Shown: positions 39,707 to 50,017, counted from the first letter of the stretch. The stretch is DNA of 64,000 nt from an uncultured Faecalibacterium sp. (GCA_900765105.1 CAAFQM010000126.1:122-64121); one strand, 5' to 3'. Notes: generated from the letters alone by a model not told the origin. Translations and numbers: made by a program.

Positions 39707-39868
39707 ATGGAATTACAGGAAACATGGAATGCATTTGCCGGTACGGGAAATATTCTGCTTTATCTTGATTACAGACAACAAGCACAACTGATGGCATCTT
39801 CAACGGGAGAAACAGACGATGGAAACCATTGTAACACCGGGGCTTGTCCTGAAGGAGACCCGCTATAA
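39707..39868 (+). CDS. yqzL: YqzL-like small protein (53 aa)
   Basis: MELQETWNAFAGTGNILLYLDYR... matches W..F..TG.I..YL; era-yqzL-recO order; SD GAGGTG; absent from the ORF track. Confidence 0.7.
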   Translation: MELQETWNAFAGTGNILLYLDYRQQAQLMASSTGETDDGNHCNTGACPEGDPL

Positions 39869-40565
39869 AGAGTCGGACCGCATCCTGACGATCCTGACAC
39901 CGGAGCTTGGCGTGATCTCCGCTTCTGCACAGAGCAGCCTGCGGCTGAAAAGCAGGCTGTTCAGCGCCTGCGGGTTGTTCTGCTACTCGGAGTTTGTTCT
40001 GGTCCCTGGGCGGAATATGTATACCGTGCGGGAAGCGTCTGTGAAGAACGTCTTCCATGGAATCTCCCGTTCTATCGAAGCCACGAGCCTTGCCATGTAT
40101 CTGGCTGAGATGGCTGCAGCGCTTTCTCCCACCGGGGAAGAAGCCGGACGGGAACTGCGGCTATTACTGAACTGTCTGTACATGATCAGCGAGAACAAGG
40201 CCGACCTCCGGGTCATCAAGGCGGTATTCGAACTTCGGACGATGAGCGAATGCGGCTTTATGCCGCAGATCGTCTGCTGCCGTGATTGCAACGCCTACGA
40301 TGGAGAAGCTTTCTATCTGGATGCGCAGGAGGGACATCTGCTCTGTTCCGATTGTGCTGCAAAGGCCGGAAAGCACTGCAATCTGGATCCGGGTGCATTG
40401 TATGCCCTGCGGCACATCTGTCTTGTGGACGACAAAAAAATCTTTTCATTCAAAATTTCATTGGGCAGTCTGGGAAAGCTTTCCGCTGTAGCCGAACAAT
40501 ATGCGCTGGTGCATCTGGATAAGTCGTTGAAAAGTTACGATTTTCTGAAATCCGTGCTGCCCTGA
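39819..40565 (+). CDS. recO: DNA repair protein RecO
   Basis: GLVLKETRYKESDRILTILT; Zn finger CRDC...CSDC; position after era. Confidence 0.93.
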   Translation: METIVTPGLVLKETRYKESDRILTILTPELGVISASAQSSLRLKSRLFSACGLFCYSEFVLVPGRNMYTVREASVKNVFHGISRSIEATSLAMYLAEMAAALSPTGEEAGRELRLLLNCLYMISENKADLRVIKAVFELRTMSECGFMPQIVCCRDCNAYDGEAFYLDAQEGHLLCSDCAAKAGKHCNLDPGALYALRHICLVDDKKIFSFKISLGSLGKLSAVAEQYALVHLDKSLKSYDFLKSVLP

Positions 40566-40579
40566 CCAAAAGGATATCT

Positions 40580-42991
40580 ATGGAACAAAGTTACTTAAAA
40601 ACACTGGAACTGGATAAGATCATTGCCCGCGCCGCCGAAGGCTGTGTATGTAAGGAAGCAAGGGCAAATCTGCTTGTAATCGAGCCGCAGAGCGACCCGG
40701 ACGAAGTGCGCTATGCGCTGGAGCAGACGGATGCGATCAATACACTGCTTATCAAGAACGGCTCGCCCCGGTTTGGCGGGGTGGAGGGCGTCAGCCAGCT
40801 TGTGACCCGTGCGGTCAAGGGCGGTGTGCTGTCCATGGGCGAGTTGCTGATGGTGGCAGGCGCGCTGCGCAATTTCCAGAACCTCACCAGCTGGTACGGG
40901 GCATCGGAGCACGATGTACTGCCGACGGATGATCTTTTCTACGCGCTGGCACCGCAGCCGGGGCTTGAACAGCAGATTTCCAGTGCGATCCTTGCACCGG
41001 ATGCGATGGCTGATACTGCTTCCTATACGCTGAACGACCTGCGCAAGAAGATCCGCGCGACCGAAAACAGCATCCGCGACCGTTTGGAGAGCATGGTCCG
41101 CAATATGGATACCTCCAAATATCTGCAGGAGAGTGTCGTTTCCATGCGCAACGGCCGGTATGTCGTGCCGGTCAAGAGCGAATACCGCAGTGAAGTGAGC
41201 GGTATTATCCACGATGTTTCCTCCACGGGCGCAACCGTGTTCGTGGAGCCGCAGGCCGTGGTGGAAGCCAATGCCCGCATCCTGCAGTACCGTGCACAGG
41301 AAGCGCAGGAAATCGAGCGTATTCTGGTAGCCTTTACAGCACAGGTCGCCGCCATTGAGCCGCAGTTCCAGTACAGCTATAAGGCTATGCTGGAAATCGA
41401 TGTTCTGCTGGCAAAAGCACGTCTTGCACTGGATCTCAAGGCCTTTAAGCCGACTGTCCGTACAGACAATTCGTTCTCGCTCATCCGGGCGCGGCACCCG
41501 CTCATCGACCCAAAAAAGTGCGTTCCTGTGGATATTTCGCTGGGCAGGGAATACGACTCTTTGATCATCACCGGCCCCAATACCGGCGGCAAGACGGTCA
41601 CGCTGAAAACAGCAGGTCTTTTGTGCGCCATGGCGCAGTGCGGTTTCCTGATCCCGGCCGATGAGCGCAGCGAGATCTGTGTCTTTGATGAGTTCCTTGT
41701 GGACATCGGCGATGAACAGAGCATTGAGCAGAGCCTGTCCACTTTCTCCGGCCATATGAAGAAAATCACCGGCATTCTGGAGCTGGCCATGCCCCATACT
41801 CTTGTTCTGCTGGACGAGCTTGGAGCGGGCACTGACCCCGCCGAGGGTGCTGCGCTGGCAGTAGCGATCATCGAAGAGCTGCGCCGCCGCGGCGTTCTGT
41901 TGATGGCGACCACCCATTATGCAGAGCTGAAGGTATTTGCTCTGGAGACGAAGGGCGTGGTCAATGCAAGCTGCGAATTTGATCTGGAAACGCTGCGTCC
42001 GACCTATAAATTGAGCGTCGGCGTGCCGGGCAAATCCAATGCGTTCCTCATCAGCGAAAAGCTCGGCATCCCAGAACGGGTCATTGAAGCCGCCCAGCAG
42101 CATCTTTCGGCTGAAGACAAGCGTCTGGACGCTGTTCTCGGCCAGCTGGACGATCTGAAACTGCAGCTCAAAGAGAGCCAGAACGAAGTGGAAGAGCTGA
42201 AGAATGAGGCATCTCACCAGCTGGAAGCTGCACAGAAAAAGCGGGATGAACTGATCCAGCAGGGCGAAAACGAGCTGGAAGCTGCCCGTGCCAAGGCCCG
42301 TGCATTGGCACAGCAGGTGGAAAGCCAGGCCTACGCGCTGACGGATGAGCTGCGCCAGCTGCAGAAAGACGAGCGCATGAGCACGCAGCAGAAAGCACAG
42401 CGTGCCCGCGAGATCGCAAAAAAGGAGTCCGAGAAGCTCTTTATTGGCACGGAGGTCGTGCATAATCCGGTCAAGGAATTTGTACCGCTGAAGGAAGTCC
42501 GGGTGGGGCAGGAGGTCTGCATTGCTGAACTGGATCAGCTGGCAACAGTACTGGCACTGCCGGATAAAAATGGCGATGTCCTTGTGCGGGCGGGTATCAT
42601 CAAGACAAAAGTTCCGCTCAAGGGTCTGAAACAGCCGGAAAAGCTTGTCAAGGAGAAGAAGCCGCAGACAAAGGCACAGCAGCGATATTCCCGCCTGACC
42701 GGCGATGCCAACCGCCCCAACGGCAGGGTAGAGCGGGTACAGCGCTCTGCAAAGATGGAGTGCAACTTGCTTGGCCTGACAGTGGATGAAGCGCTGTCGG
42801 AGGTCGATTCCTTCATTGACCGTGCGATCCTGAACGGTCAGACGGTGGTCTATCTCATCCACGGCAACGGCACAGGAGCCCTGCGCACCGCGATCCATAA
42901 ACATCTGCGCGGAAACCGCATGGTCAAGAGCTTCCGTCTTGGCCGCTATGGCGAAGGCGAAAGCGGTGTGACGGTGGTCGAGCTGAAATAA
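40580..42991 (+). CDS. mutS2: MutS2 (with C-terminal Smr domain)
   Basis: ITGPNTGGKT, DIGDEQSIEQSLSTFS, LDELGAGTDP, IHGNGTGALR. Confidence 0.95.
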   Translation: MEQSYLKTLELDKIIARAAEGCVCKEARANLLVIEPQSDPDEVRYALEQTDAINTLLIKNGSPRFGGVEGVSQLVTRAVKGGVLSMGELLMVAGALRNFQNLTSWYGASEHDVLPTDDLFYALAPQPGLEQQISSAILAPDAMADTASYTLNDLRKKIRATENSIRDRLESMVRNMDTSKYLQESVVSMRNGRYVVPVKSEYRSEVSGIIHDVSSTGATVFVEPQAVVEANARILQYRAQEAQEIERILVAFTAQVAAIEPQFQYSYKAMLEIDVLLAKARLALDLKAFKPTVRTDNSFSLIRARHPLIDPKKCVPVDISLGREYDSLIITGPNTGGKTVTLKTAGLLCAMAQCGFLIPADERSEICVFDEFLVDIGDEQSIEQSLSTFSGHMKKITGILELAMPHTLVLLDELGAGTDPAEGAALAVAIIEELRRRGVLLMATTHYAELKVFALETKGVVNASCEFDLETLRPTYKLSVGVPGKSNAFLISEKLGIPERVIEAAQQHLSAEDKRLDAVLGQLDDLKLQLKESQNEVEELKNEASHQLEAAQKKRDELIQQGENELEAARAKARALAQQVESQAYALTDELRQLQKDERMSTQQKAQRAREIAKKESEKLFIGTEVVHNPVKEFVPLKEVRVGQEVCIAELDQLATVLALPDKNGDVLVRAGIIKTKVPLKGLKQPEKLVKEKKPQTKAQQRYSRLTGDANRPNGRVERVQRSAKMECNLLGLTVDEALSEVDSFIDRAILNGQTVVYLIHGNGTGALRTAIHKHLRGNRMVKSFRLGRYGEGESGVTVVELK

Positions 42992-43000
42992 ACCTGTCTC

Positions 43001-43033
43001 AAAAGCTGTCTGGATCTGTCCGGACAGCTTTTT
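43001..43033 (+). terminator. Intrinsic terminator
   Basis: AAAAGCTGTCTGGA...TCCGGACAGCTTTTT. Confidence 0.8.
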
Positions 43034-43111
43034 CTGTTTTTTGCAGGAAATGAAAAAAATAAATCGTATTCTATAAGAGAAGTTTATCGATAAAACAGGG
43101 AAGTGCTGCCT

Positions 43112-43948
43112 ATGGCGAAACATTGCCGTAAAACATCGCGCAATCGAAACAAAACCCGGCACAGACTCCGGAACATCATGGTTCTGACCATTTGTGCCGT
43201 CTTTGTCTGGTTCGGACTTGTGCTCTGGAAAGAAGCACTCCGATTGCAGACATATCAGCCGGCAGAGAGCATTCCTGGTCAGGAATTCCGTCCGCAGGTA
43301 GGCGACCCGCCATACCGGGTAATGGTGGATGCCGGACACGGCGGGGCAGATCCGGGCGCGAGGGGAGTGGTGGAAGAAAAAAATCTCACTGCTGCAACCG
43401 CATCTGCCTTGATGGAACTGCTTGAAAAGGATCCCAATTACATCCCACTTCAGACACGGGAAAACTACGGCGAAACCGCAACACCGGCGCAGCGGGCTGC
43501 AAAAGCCCGGGAGATGGTTCCGCAGCTGCTGCTTTCCATTCACGGCAACTCTGCTGCCAATGGTTCCACCGCATCCGGATTCGAGTGCTATCCGGCCGTT
43601 CCGGGGCGGACATGGCATAACGAGAGCTTTTACTTTGCACAGCTGCTGGCAGGCAAAATGAAGGCAGCCGGTGCCGCGCTGCGCGGGCGCGGAGGAGTGC
43701 GGTACATTTATTATCTGGAAAATGATCAGAAGCAGCTGGTCGAAAGCACCCATACGGAAGTTCGGGAGGAGCGAAGCTTTACGATTCTGGAAGATTCAAA
43801 TTGTCCGGCAGTATTGGCGGAACAGTGTTTTGTAACGAACGAGGCAGACGTTGCGCAGTTCGGCAGCGAAGAAGGCTGTAAAAAAGCAGCACACATCTAT
43901 TACGAAGCCATCTGCGAGTATTTTGGTACACAGCCGTTGGATGGATAA
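43112..43948 (+). CDS. Membrane-anchored N-acetylmuramoyl-L-alanine amidase (Amidase_3)
   Basis: N-terminal TM helix; DAGHGG.DPGA, EK, SIHGN, PAVLAE..FVTN. Confidence 0.88.
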   Translation: MAKHCRKTSRNRNKTRHRLRNIMVLTICAVFVWFGLVLWKEALRLQTYQPAESIPGQEFRPQVGDPPYRVMVDAGHGGADPGARGVVEEKNLTAATASALMELLEKDPNYIPLQTRENYGETATPAQRAAKAREMVPQLLLSIHGNSAANGSTASGFECYPAVPGRTWHNESFYFAQLLAGKMKAAGAALRGRGGVRYIYYLENDQKQLVESTHTEVREERSFTILEDSNCPAVLAEQCFVTNEADVAQFGSEEGCKKAAHIYYEAICEYFGTQPLDG

Positions 43949-44110
43949 GGTTATACTGCAGTAATGCACCAATCTGGTATTTCCATCGCAGCTGCAAAGG
44001 GGAAGAAGCAGTAGGAACAATCAAATGGAACCATATAAGCGCCATTTGAAAGATAAGGTTTCTGAACTCGAAATGGACGAGGGAGGAGACCTTATTTTTT
44101 GATAACATAA

Positions 44111-44138
44111 TTTTCGTATAATGCACGTTATGTGAAAT
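44111..44138. other. dif-like Xer recombination site (probable chromosome dimer resolution site)
   Basis: TTTTCGTATAA-TGCACG-TTATGTGAAAT, 11-6-11 layout; right arm one mismatch from the canonical XerD arm TTATGTTAAAT; lies at the gene-orientation switch. Confidence 0.8.
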
Positions 44139-44394
44139 ATAGGGGAGCGAAAAAAGCCCGTTTCCCGGATTTTGAACCTTTCCAGTGGCTTTCCACCGAT
44201 TCCGGCCTGTGTGGACCTCTTTTACAATTTTCGTCTGTTTGATTGTGTTTTTTCTTCGACCTTTGTTTTTTCGTTTCGGATGCTCAAACTTCTTTTGGCA
44301 TGTCGGCATGAATCAGCGCGCCCAATGGTGCTGATATTTGCGCCGTCAAATCATTTTATTTTTTGTACCATAGCCACCATCGTTCATTCCATTT

Positions 44395-44433
44395 AAAAAA
44401 GCGCCTGATCGTTTTTCAATTACGGTCAGACGC
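44395..44433 (-). terminator. Intrinsic terminator of the Xer-type recombinase gene
   Basis: Minus strand GCGTCTGACCGT...ACGATCAGGCGC followed by T6. Confidence 0.75.
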
Positions 44434-44467
44434 GGGTTTCTGGCAGACGCTTTCAAAACGGCTGCTT

Positions 44468-45685
44468 TCAGGAGTTGTTTTCTTGTGCAGTTGGCTCAAC
44501 GCGCGGCAGTTCGTCCTGCTCAAGCTGTAAGCCAAGCCCGATTCCTGCAGAGCCTTCCAAAGGCTCCATCCGGGCTGGATTTTCCGACAAATCGTCGGTT
44601 TCATCTTCTGGCTGGATGTTTTCTTTTATGCTCTTCCCTGTTTCCGGCTCTGTTGTATCCAAGCTTGCTTTTTTACGAGTGACTTTTCCGAGCGGATTTT
44701 CTTCGATCGCAGTTCGCACCTGAAATTCCTGCAGATGGGTGTAAATCTGCGTGGTCGATACGCTGCTATGGCCAAGCAGCTGCTTGAGGGTCAGGATGTC
44801 CACGTTTCCGGTCTGGTACATCAGCGTAGCTGCCGTGTGACGGAGTTTATGAGTGGAAAAACCTTTCAGACCGGCTGCTTTCATCGCGCCTGTCACAAGC
44901 TGCTCTACCCGCCGGTTTGAGATGCGTTCCTTGCGCCGCCGGGTAATGAATACTGCTTTTTCCTGCGGAAGAAGCCCTTCGATGGTATTGCGCTTTTTCA
45001 GATAAAGCTGCAGTGCATCCACGCAGGCATCATTCAGGTAGACCATGCGTTCCTTATGGCCTTTGCCGAACAGACGGATCTGCCGGTTTTCCAGATCGAT
45101 ATCATCCAGATCCATGCCAACCAGTTCTGCAAGGCGCATCCCGCAGTTCAGAAACAGCACGACCATGCAGTAGTCCCGCTCCGGAAAGTCGCTCTGGGTC
45201 TGCGTGCTTTCCAGCAGATTCATGGACTGTTCCGCCGTCAGATACTTTGGAAGAACCTTGTCCTGTTTTGGCGGGTGGATCGCCGCTGTCGGGTCGCTCT
45301 CGAGCTTGTTGACCTGATTGACAAGGTAATCATAGAAGCCGTGCAGGCTGGCCAGCCGACGGGCGGTCGATGACTTTTTGTTGCCGCATTCGCGGTTCAA
45401 AAAATACAGATATTCATAGATATCTTCTTTATTCACACTGGCCCAGAATGCGGTATCCAGCCCTTTCGGGTCAATATCTTTTATCTCACGATCTTCCGGC
45501 ACAAGGCCGCGGCGGCGCTTCATAAAGCGGCTAAACCCCCGCAGGTCGCAGTAATAGCTGAAAGCTGTGTTAGCGCTCTTGCCGGCAATCACTTCCAGAT
45601 AGCGAACATATGCTACAATATCCGGCGAAGCATCATCAAAAGGCTTGTGCTTTCCCGGATTTTTTTCGTCCAGATAAATCGACAT
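44468..45685 (-). CDS. Xer-type tyrosine recombinase with acidic C-terminal extension
   Basis: Catalytic set GMRLAE, GKG.KER, HKLRHT, LLGH, TTQIYTH; N-terminal core-binding domain; adjacent dif-like site. Confidence 0.9.
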   Translation of the reverse strand: MSIYLDEKNPGKHKPFDDASPDIVAYVRYLEVIAGKSANTAFSYYCDLRGFSRFMKRRRGLVPEDREIKDIDPKGLDTAFWASVNKEDIYEYLYFLNRECGNKKSSTARRLASLHGFYDYLVNQVNKLESDPTAAIHPPKQDKVLPKYLTAEQSMNLLESTQTQSDFPERDYCMVVLFLNCGMRLAELVGMDLDDIDLENRQIRLFGKGHKERMVYLNDACVDALQLYLKKRNTIEGLLPQEKAVFITRRRKERISNRRVEQLVTGAMKAAGLKGFSTHKLRHTAATLMYQTGNVDILTLKQLLGHSSVSTTQIYTHLQEFQVRTAIEENPLGKVTRKKASLDTTEPETGKSIKENIQPEDETDDLSENPARMEPLEGSAGIGLGLQLEQDELPRVEPTAQENNS

Positions 45686-45697
45686 AATTCCTCTTTT

Positions 45698-47110
45698 TTA
45701 TAAGCGGTCTGCTTTCAGTGCATTGATGGCGTCTCCGATATAGGCAGCTCCGATCAGCTGCATCCCCGGATAATCCGCCTGATTCAGGTGATTCATGCTG
45801 TGCTTCGGAACCACAGCGCGTTCAAAGCCGATTCGTTCTGCCTCATGCAGACGTTGTTCCAGGTTCGGGACGCTCCGCACTTCGCCGCCAAGTCCAACTT
45901 CACCAATAGCGATCAGCTTATCGCTGACCGGACGGTCCAGAAGCGACGAAACCATACTCAGGCAGACCGAGAGATCGCAGGCGGTGTCCCGAAGTGCAAT
46001 TCCGCCAACGATATTGATGTAGACATCCAGATTGCCAAAGAAATAGCCTGCCCGCTTTTCCAGCACAGCGATCAGAAGATTCATGCGGTTATAGTCATAG
46101 CCGCTGCAGGCACGGCGCGGCGCGGGGAAATTTGTTTTTGTGGCCAGCGCCTGGATCTCGCTCAGAATAGGGCGGCTGCCCTCGATGGTGCAAGCCACGC
46201 AGTTGCCCGAAACGCCCAGTGGGCGGCCTTCCAGCAGCATCTGCGAAGGATTTTCGATCTCTGCGAGTCCCTGCCCGGTCATATCAAACATGCCAAGCTC
46301 ATTGGTGGAGCCATAGCGGTTTTTTGCGGCGCGCAGAATGCGGTACGGCAGCATCTTGTCGCCCTCAAAGTAAAGCACCGTATCCACGATGTGCTCCATG
46401 ACCTTGGGGCCTGCAATGGCACCATCCTTGTTCACATGGCCCACAATGAACATCGGGATCTCCTGCTTTTTTGCCACCGCCAGCAGGCGTGCTGCGCTCT
46501 CCTTGACCTGACTGACCGTGCCGGAGGAGGAAGAGATATCCATGCACCGCATGGTCTGGATAGAGTCGATGACAACAAGGTCCGGTTTTTCCTTTTCAAT
46601 CAGGCCGCAGATCTCGTCCACATCGTTCTCGGCCACAAGGAAGATGTTATCCTGCGGTACTTTCAGGCGGGCCGCCCGCAGCTTCACCTGCCGTACCGAC
46701 TCCTCGCCCGTGATATAGAGCACACTGTGCTGGTTGGAAATTGCGCCGCACAGCTGCAGAAGCATCGTGGACTTGCCGACACCCGGCTCACCACTCAGAA
46801 GCACCACACCGCCCAGCACGATGCCGCCGCCCAGCACACGGTCCAGCTCAGAGATGCCGGTCAGGATGCGGCTTTTTTCTTCGGTCGTGCTAATCTCGGA
46901 AAGGCGCTTTGCCGTCAGGGTCGTAACCCCCTCCGGGCGGGCGGCAGCCGCTTGCCGTGCCGCTGCAGTCCCGGCTTTGGGTGCTTCGGCAATCACATCC
47001 TCATTCATGGTATTCCAGCTGCCGCAGCTCGGGCAGCGTCCCATCCAGCGGGGACTTGTTTCCCCGCAGTTGGAACACACATATACTGTTTTCAATTTTG
47101 GCTCTTTCAT
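45698..47110 (-). CDS. radA: DNA repair protein RadA/Sms
   Basis: CSNCG...CPSC Zn finger, GEPGVGKST, KNRYG, Lon-like C-terminus. Confidence 0.96.
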   Translation of the reverse strand: MKEPKLKTVYVCSNCGETSPRWMGRCPSCGSWNTMNEDVIAEAPKAGTAAARQAAAARPEGVTTLTAKRLSEISTTEEKSRILTGISELDRVLGGGIVLGGVVLLSGEPGVGKSTMLLQLCGAISNQHSVLYITGEESVRQVKLRAARLKVPQDNIFLVAENDVDEICGLIEKEKPDLVVIDSIQTMRCMDISSSSGTVSQVKESAARLLAVAKKQEIPMFIVGHVNKDGAIAGPKVMEHIVDTVLYFEGDKMLPYRILRAAKNRYGSTNELGMFDMTGQGLAEIENPSQMLLEGRPLGVSGNCVACTIEGSRPILSEIQALATKTNFPAPRRACSGYDYNRMNLLIAVLEKRAGYFFGNLDVYINIVGGIALRDTACDLSVCLSMVSSLLDRPVSDKLIAIGEVGLGGEVRSVPNLEQRLHEAERIGFERAVVPKHSMNHLNQADYPGMQLIGAAYIGDAINALKADRL

Positions 47111-47182
47111 GAAGTTCTCCTGCTATTTCATATAAAGCATTTTCTTCATTGTAGCATATAACACTCTGTTCTGCAAGAAAAA

Positions 47183-47923
47183 TCAGAGTAGTCGGCTTTC
47201 GATGCAGGCCATTCCGCAAGCCGCGCCGCATAAAGGCACAAACAGTGCAAGTGTGAGAAGATACTGCCGTATCAGAATACTGGTATCCGGCCGGCTCTTC
47301 GCCGGAATGCTTCTCCGGAATGAGTATTCCCGGAGCTTTTCGCTGACACGCAATGCAGATGCAGAAAGAATACACAGACATGACTCTGCGATGGAAGATG
47401 GAAGTGCAGTGAACAGGATGACCAGCAGCTTTTCCTTCCAGCTTGTCCCGTTCAGGAGATGAAGCATCAGCAGGCCGCCTCCGGTGCCATAGAGCATCAG
47501 GAAAAGTGAGATCAGCGCTGGACCAAATGCAGAAAAGCCGGACAAGAGTAAAACCGTTGCCGCGGTTGCCAATGTAAAATATTCCGCAGCAAAAAGCGCT
47601 GCGGTGTGCGTGCCAGAATCTGTGAAACAGTTGAGCCAGATGTTCAGATACGCGTTCAGCCATTCCAGCTGAAATCCGCTGCACATCGCCCGGATGACCC
47701 CGGCAGCAGCCGTTCCGGATAACACAGCAACAGCCAGAAGCCAGAGATCCTTTTCCGCCATGGGTCCCCGCTTTTTCTTCAAAGATACGGTTCTGATTTG
47801 GCTCTCCGGTTCTCTGCCCGGCTCCGGAGAGCAGCAGTTTCCCTGCACTGCAGGTACAGGAAGCTGCCGTACAGACTCAGCTGCCTGATCGGTAAATGTA
47901 TGATTCTGCTGGTAGATCCACAT
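47183..47923 (-). CDS. Multi-pass membrane protein, SpoIIM-like
   Basis: About five hydrophobic helices with LLLSGFSAFGPALI and a terminal ..IESRLL pattern reminiscent of SpoIIM; ATG 47923 after AAGGAG. Confidence 0.5.
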   Translation of the reverse strand: MWIYQQNHTFTDQAAESVRQLPVPAVQGNCCSPEPGREPESQIRTVSLKKKRGPMAEKDLWLLAVAVLSGTAAAGVIRAMCSGFQLEWLNAYLNIWLNCFTDSGTHTAALFAAEYFTLATAATVLLLSGFSAFGPALISLFLMLYGTGGGLLMLHLLNGTSWKEKLLVILFTALPSSIAESCLCILSASALRVSEKLREYSFRRSIPAKSRPDTSILIRQYLLTLALFVPLCGAACGMACIESRLL

Positions 47924-47948
47924 TCTGCTTTGTCTCCTTCCGGACTGT

Positions 47949-48344
47949 TCAATGGATATGCTTTTTTGCAGGGACACGGACACCCAAAAATCCGCCCAGA
48001 ATGCCGCACAAAACAGCTACGGCAAACCGCGTGAGGATGGATCGCTCCATTGGAAAACCAGCCGGAAAAGTCAGGATCGCCAGCAACGCAGCAAATATCA
48101 GCCCCTGTACGGCACCGCAGAGCAGGCCGCCTTCCCGATTCCGGAATGCGGCGAGCCATCCGCTGAAAAAGCTGCCGGCACCTGCCGCAACCGTTGCCAG
48201 CAGCGCCGCAGAAGAACCGGAAAGCTCCCGCGATACCATCAGGAACGCCATTCCTGCAAGGCATACGGCCATCATCAGAGCGCCCATCAGCCCGGCAAAC
48301 AGCCAGACGCCAAATCCCGCCTGGAATCTTTTTCTCTCAGACAT
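47949..48344 (-). CDS. TIGR04086/YrzE-like membrane protein
   Basis: 131 aa, four TM helices, FFSGWLAA...GGLLCG; position after yajC. Confidence 0.75.
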   Translation of the reverse strand: MSERKRFQAGFGVWLFAGLMGALMMAVCLAGMAFLMVSRELSGSSAALLATVAAGAGSFFSGWLAAFRNREGGLLCGAVQGLIFAALLAILTFPAGFPMERSILTRFAVAVLCGILGGFLGVRVPAKKHIH

Positions 48345-48366
48345 AAAAACGCGCCTCCCTGCTACA

Positions 48367-48396
48367 ATGCTATGCAGGAAAGCGCGTCGGATATGC
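48367..48396 (-). promoter_or_regulatory. Putative sigmaE-type promoter
   Basis: Minus strand GCATATC, 15 bp, CATAGCAT. Confidence 0.5.
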
Positions 48397-48409
48397 TCTT
48401 TGATAAAAA

Positions 48410-48727
48410 TTACTTCTTGTCGGAAGCGGCCTTGTCCATGTTCAGCTTCTCGACCGATGCGATGGCAGTCTTAGTGAAGCGGATCTTCACACGGTCAGCG
48501 CCGGTCTCCAGAACAAAGGTGTCGTCCTTGATGGCAACAACGCGGCCGATGACACCGCCGATGGTGGTGACCTGATCGCCGATCTCCAGGCTGCTGCGCA
48601 TGGCGGCGTCCTTCTTTTCCTGCTTCTTCTGGGGACGATAGATCATGAAGTACAGCAGGACCAGCATCAGTGCCAGCGTGAAGAACAGGCTGATGTAGCC
48701 TTCGGATGTGGTAGTCAGAAATTGCAT
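48410..48727 (-). CDS. yajC: Preprotein translocase subunit YajC
   Basis: YFMIYRPQKKQ, GDQVTTIGG. Confidence 0.95.
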   Translation of the reverse strand: MQFLTTTSEGYISLFFTLALMLVLLYFMIYRPQKKQEKKDAAMRSSLEIGDQVTTIGGVIGRVVAIKDDTFVLETGADRVKIRFTKTAIASVEKLNMDKAASDKK

Positions 48728-48799
48728 GGGCAAAATCTCCTCTCAAAATTCAGATGAATTTATTATACCCTTTTAAACGACACGTTGCAAGGGCTATTC

Positions 48800-50017
<1,218 letters not shown>

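Noticed and set aside
43779..44309. 176-aa minus-strand ORF across the dif region
   Set aside because: No SD or recognisable motifs, low-complexity Lys-rich start from AT-rich DNA, and it overlaps the amidase gene and the dif-like site
44468..45685. Tyrosine recombinase as a phage/ICE integrase
   Set aside because: No adjacent tRNA/att duplication, excisionase or cargo; it lies immediately downstream of radA and next to a dif-like site
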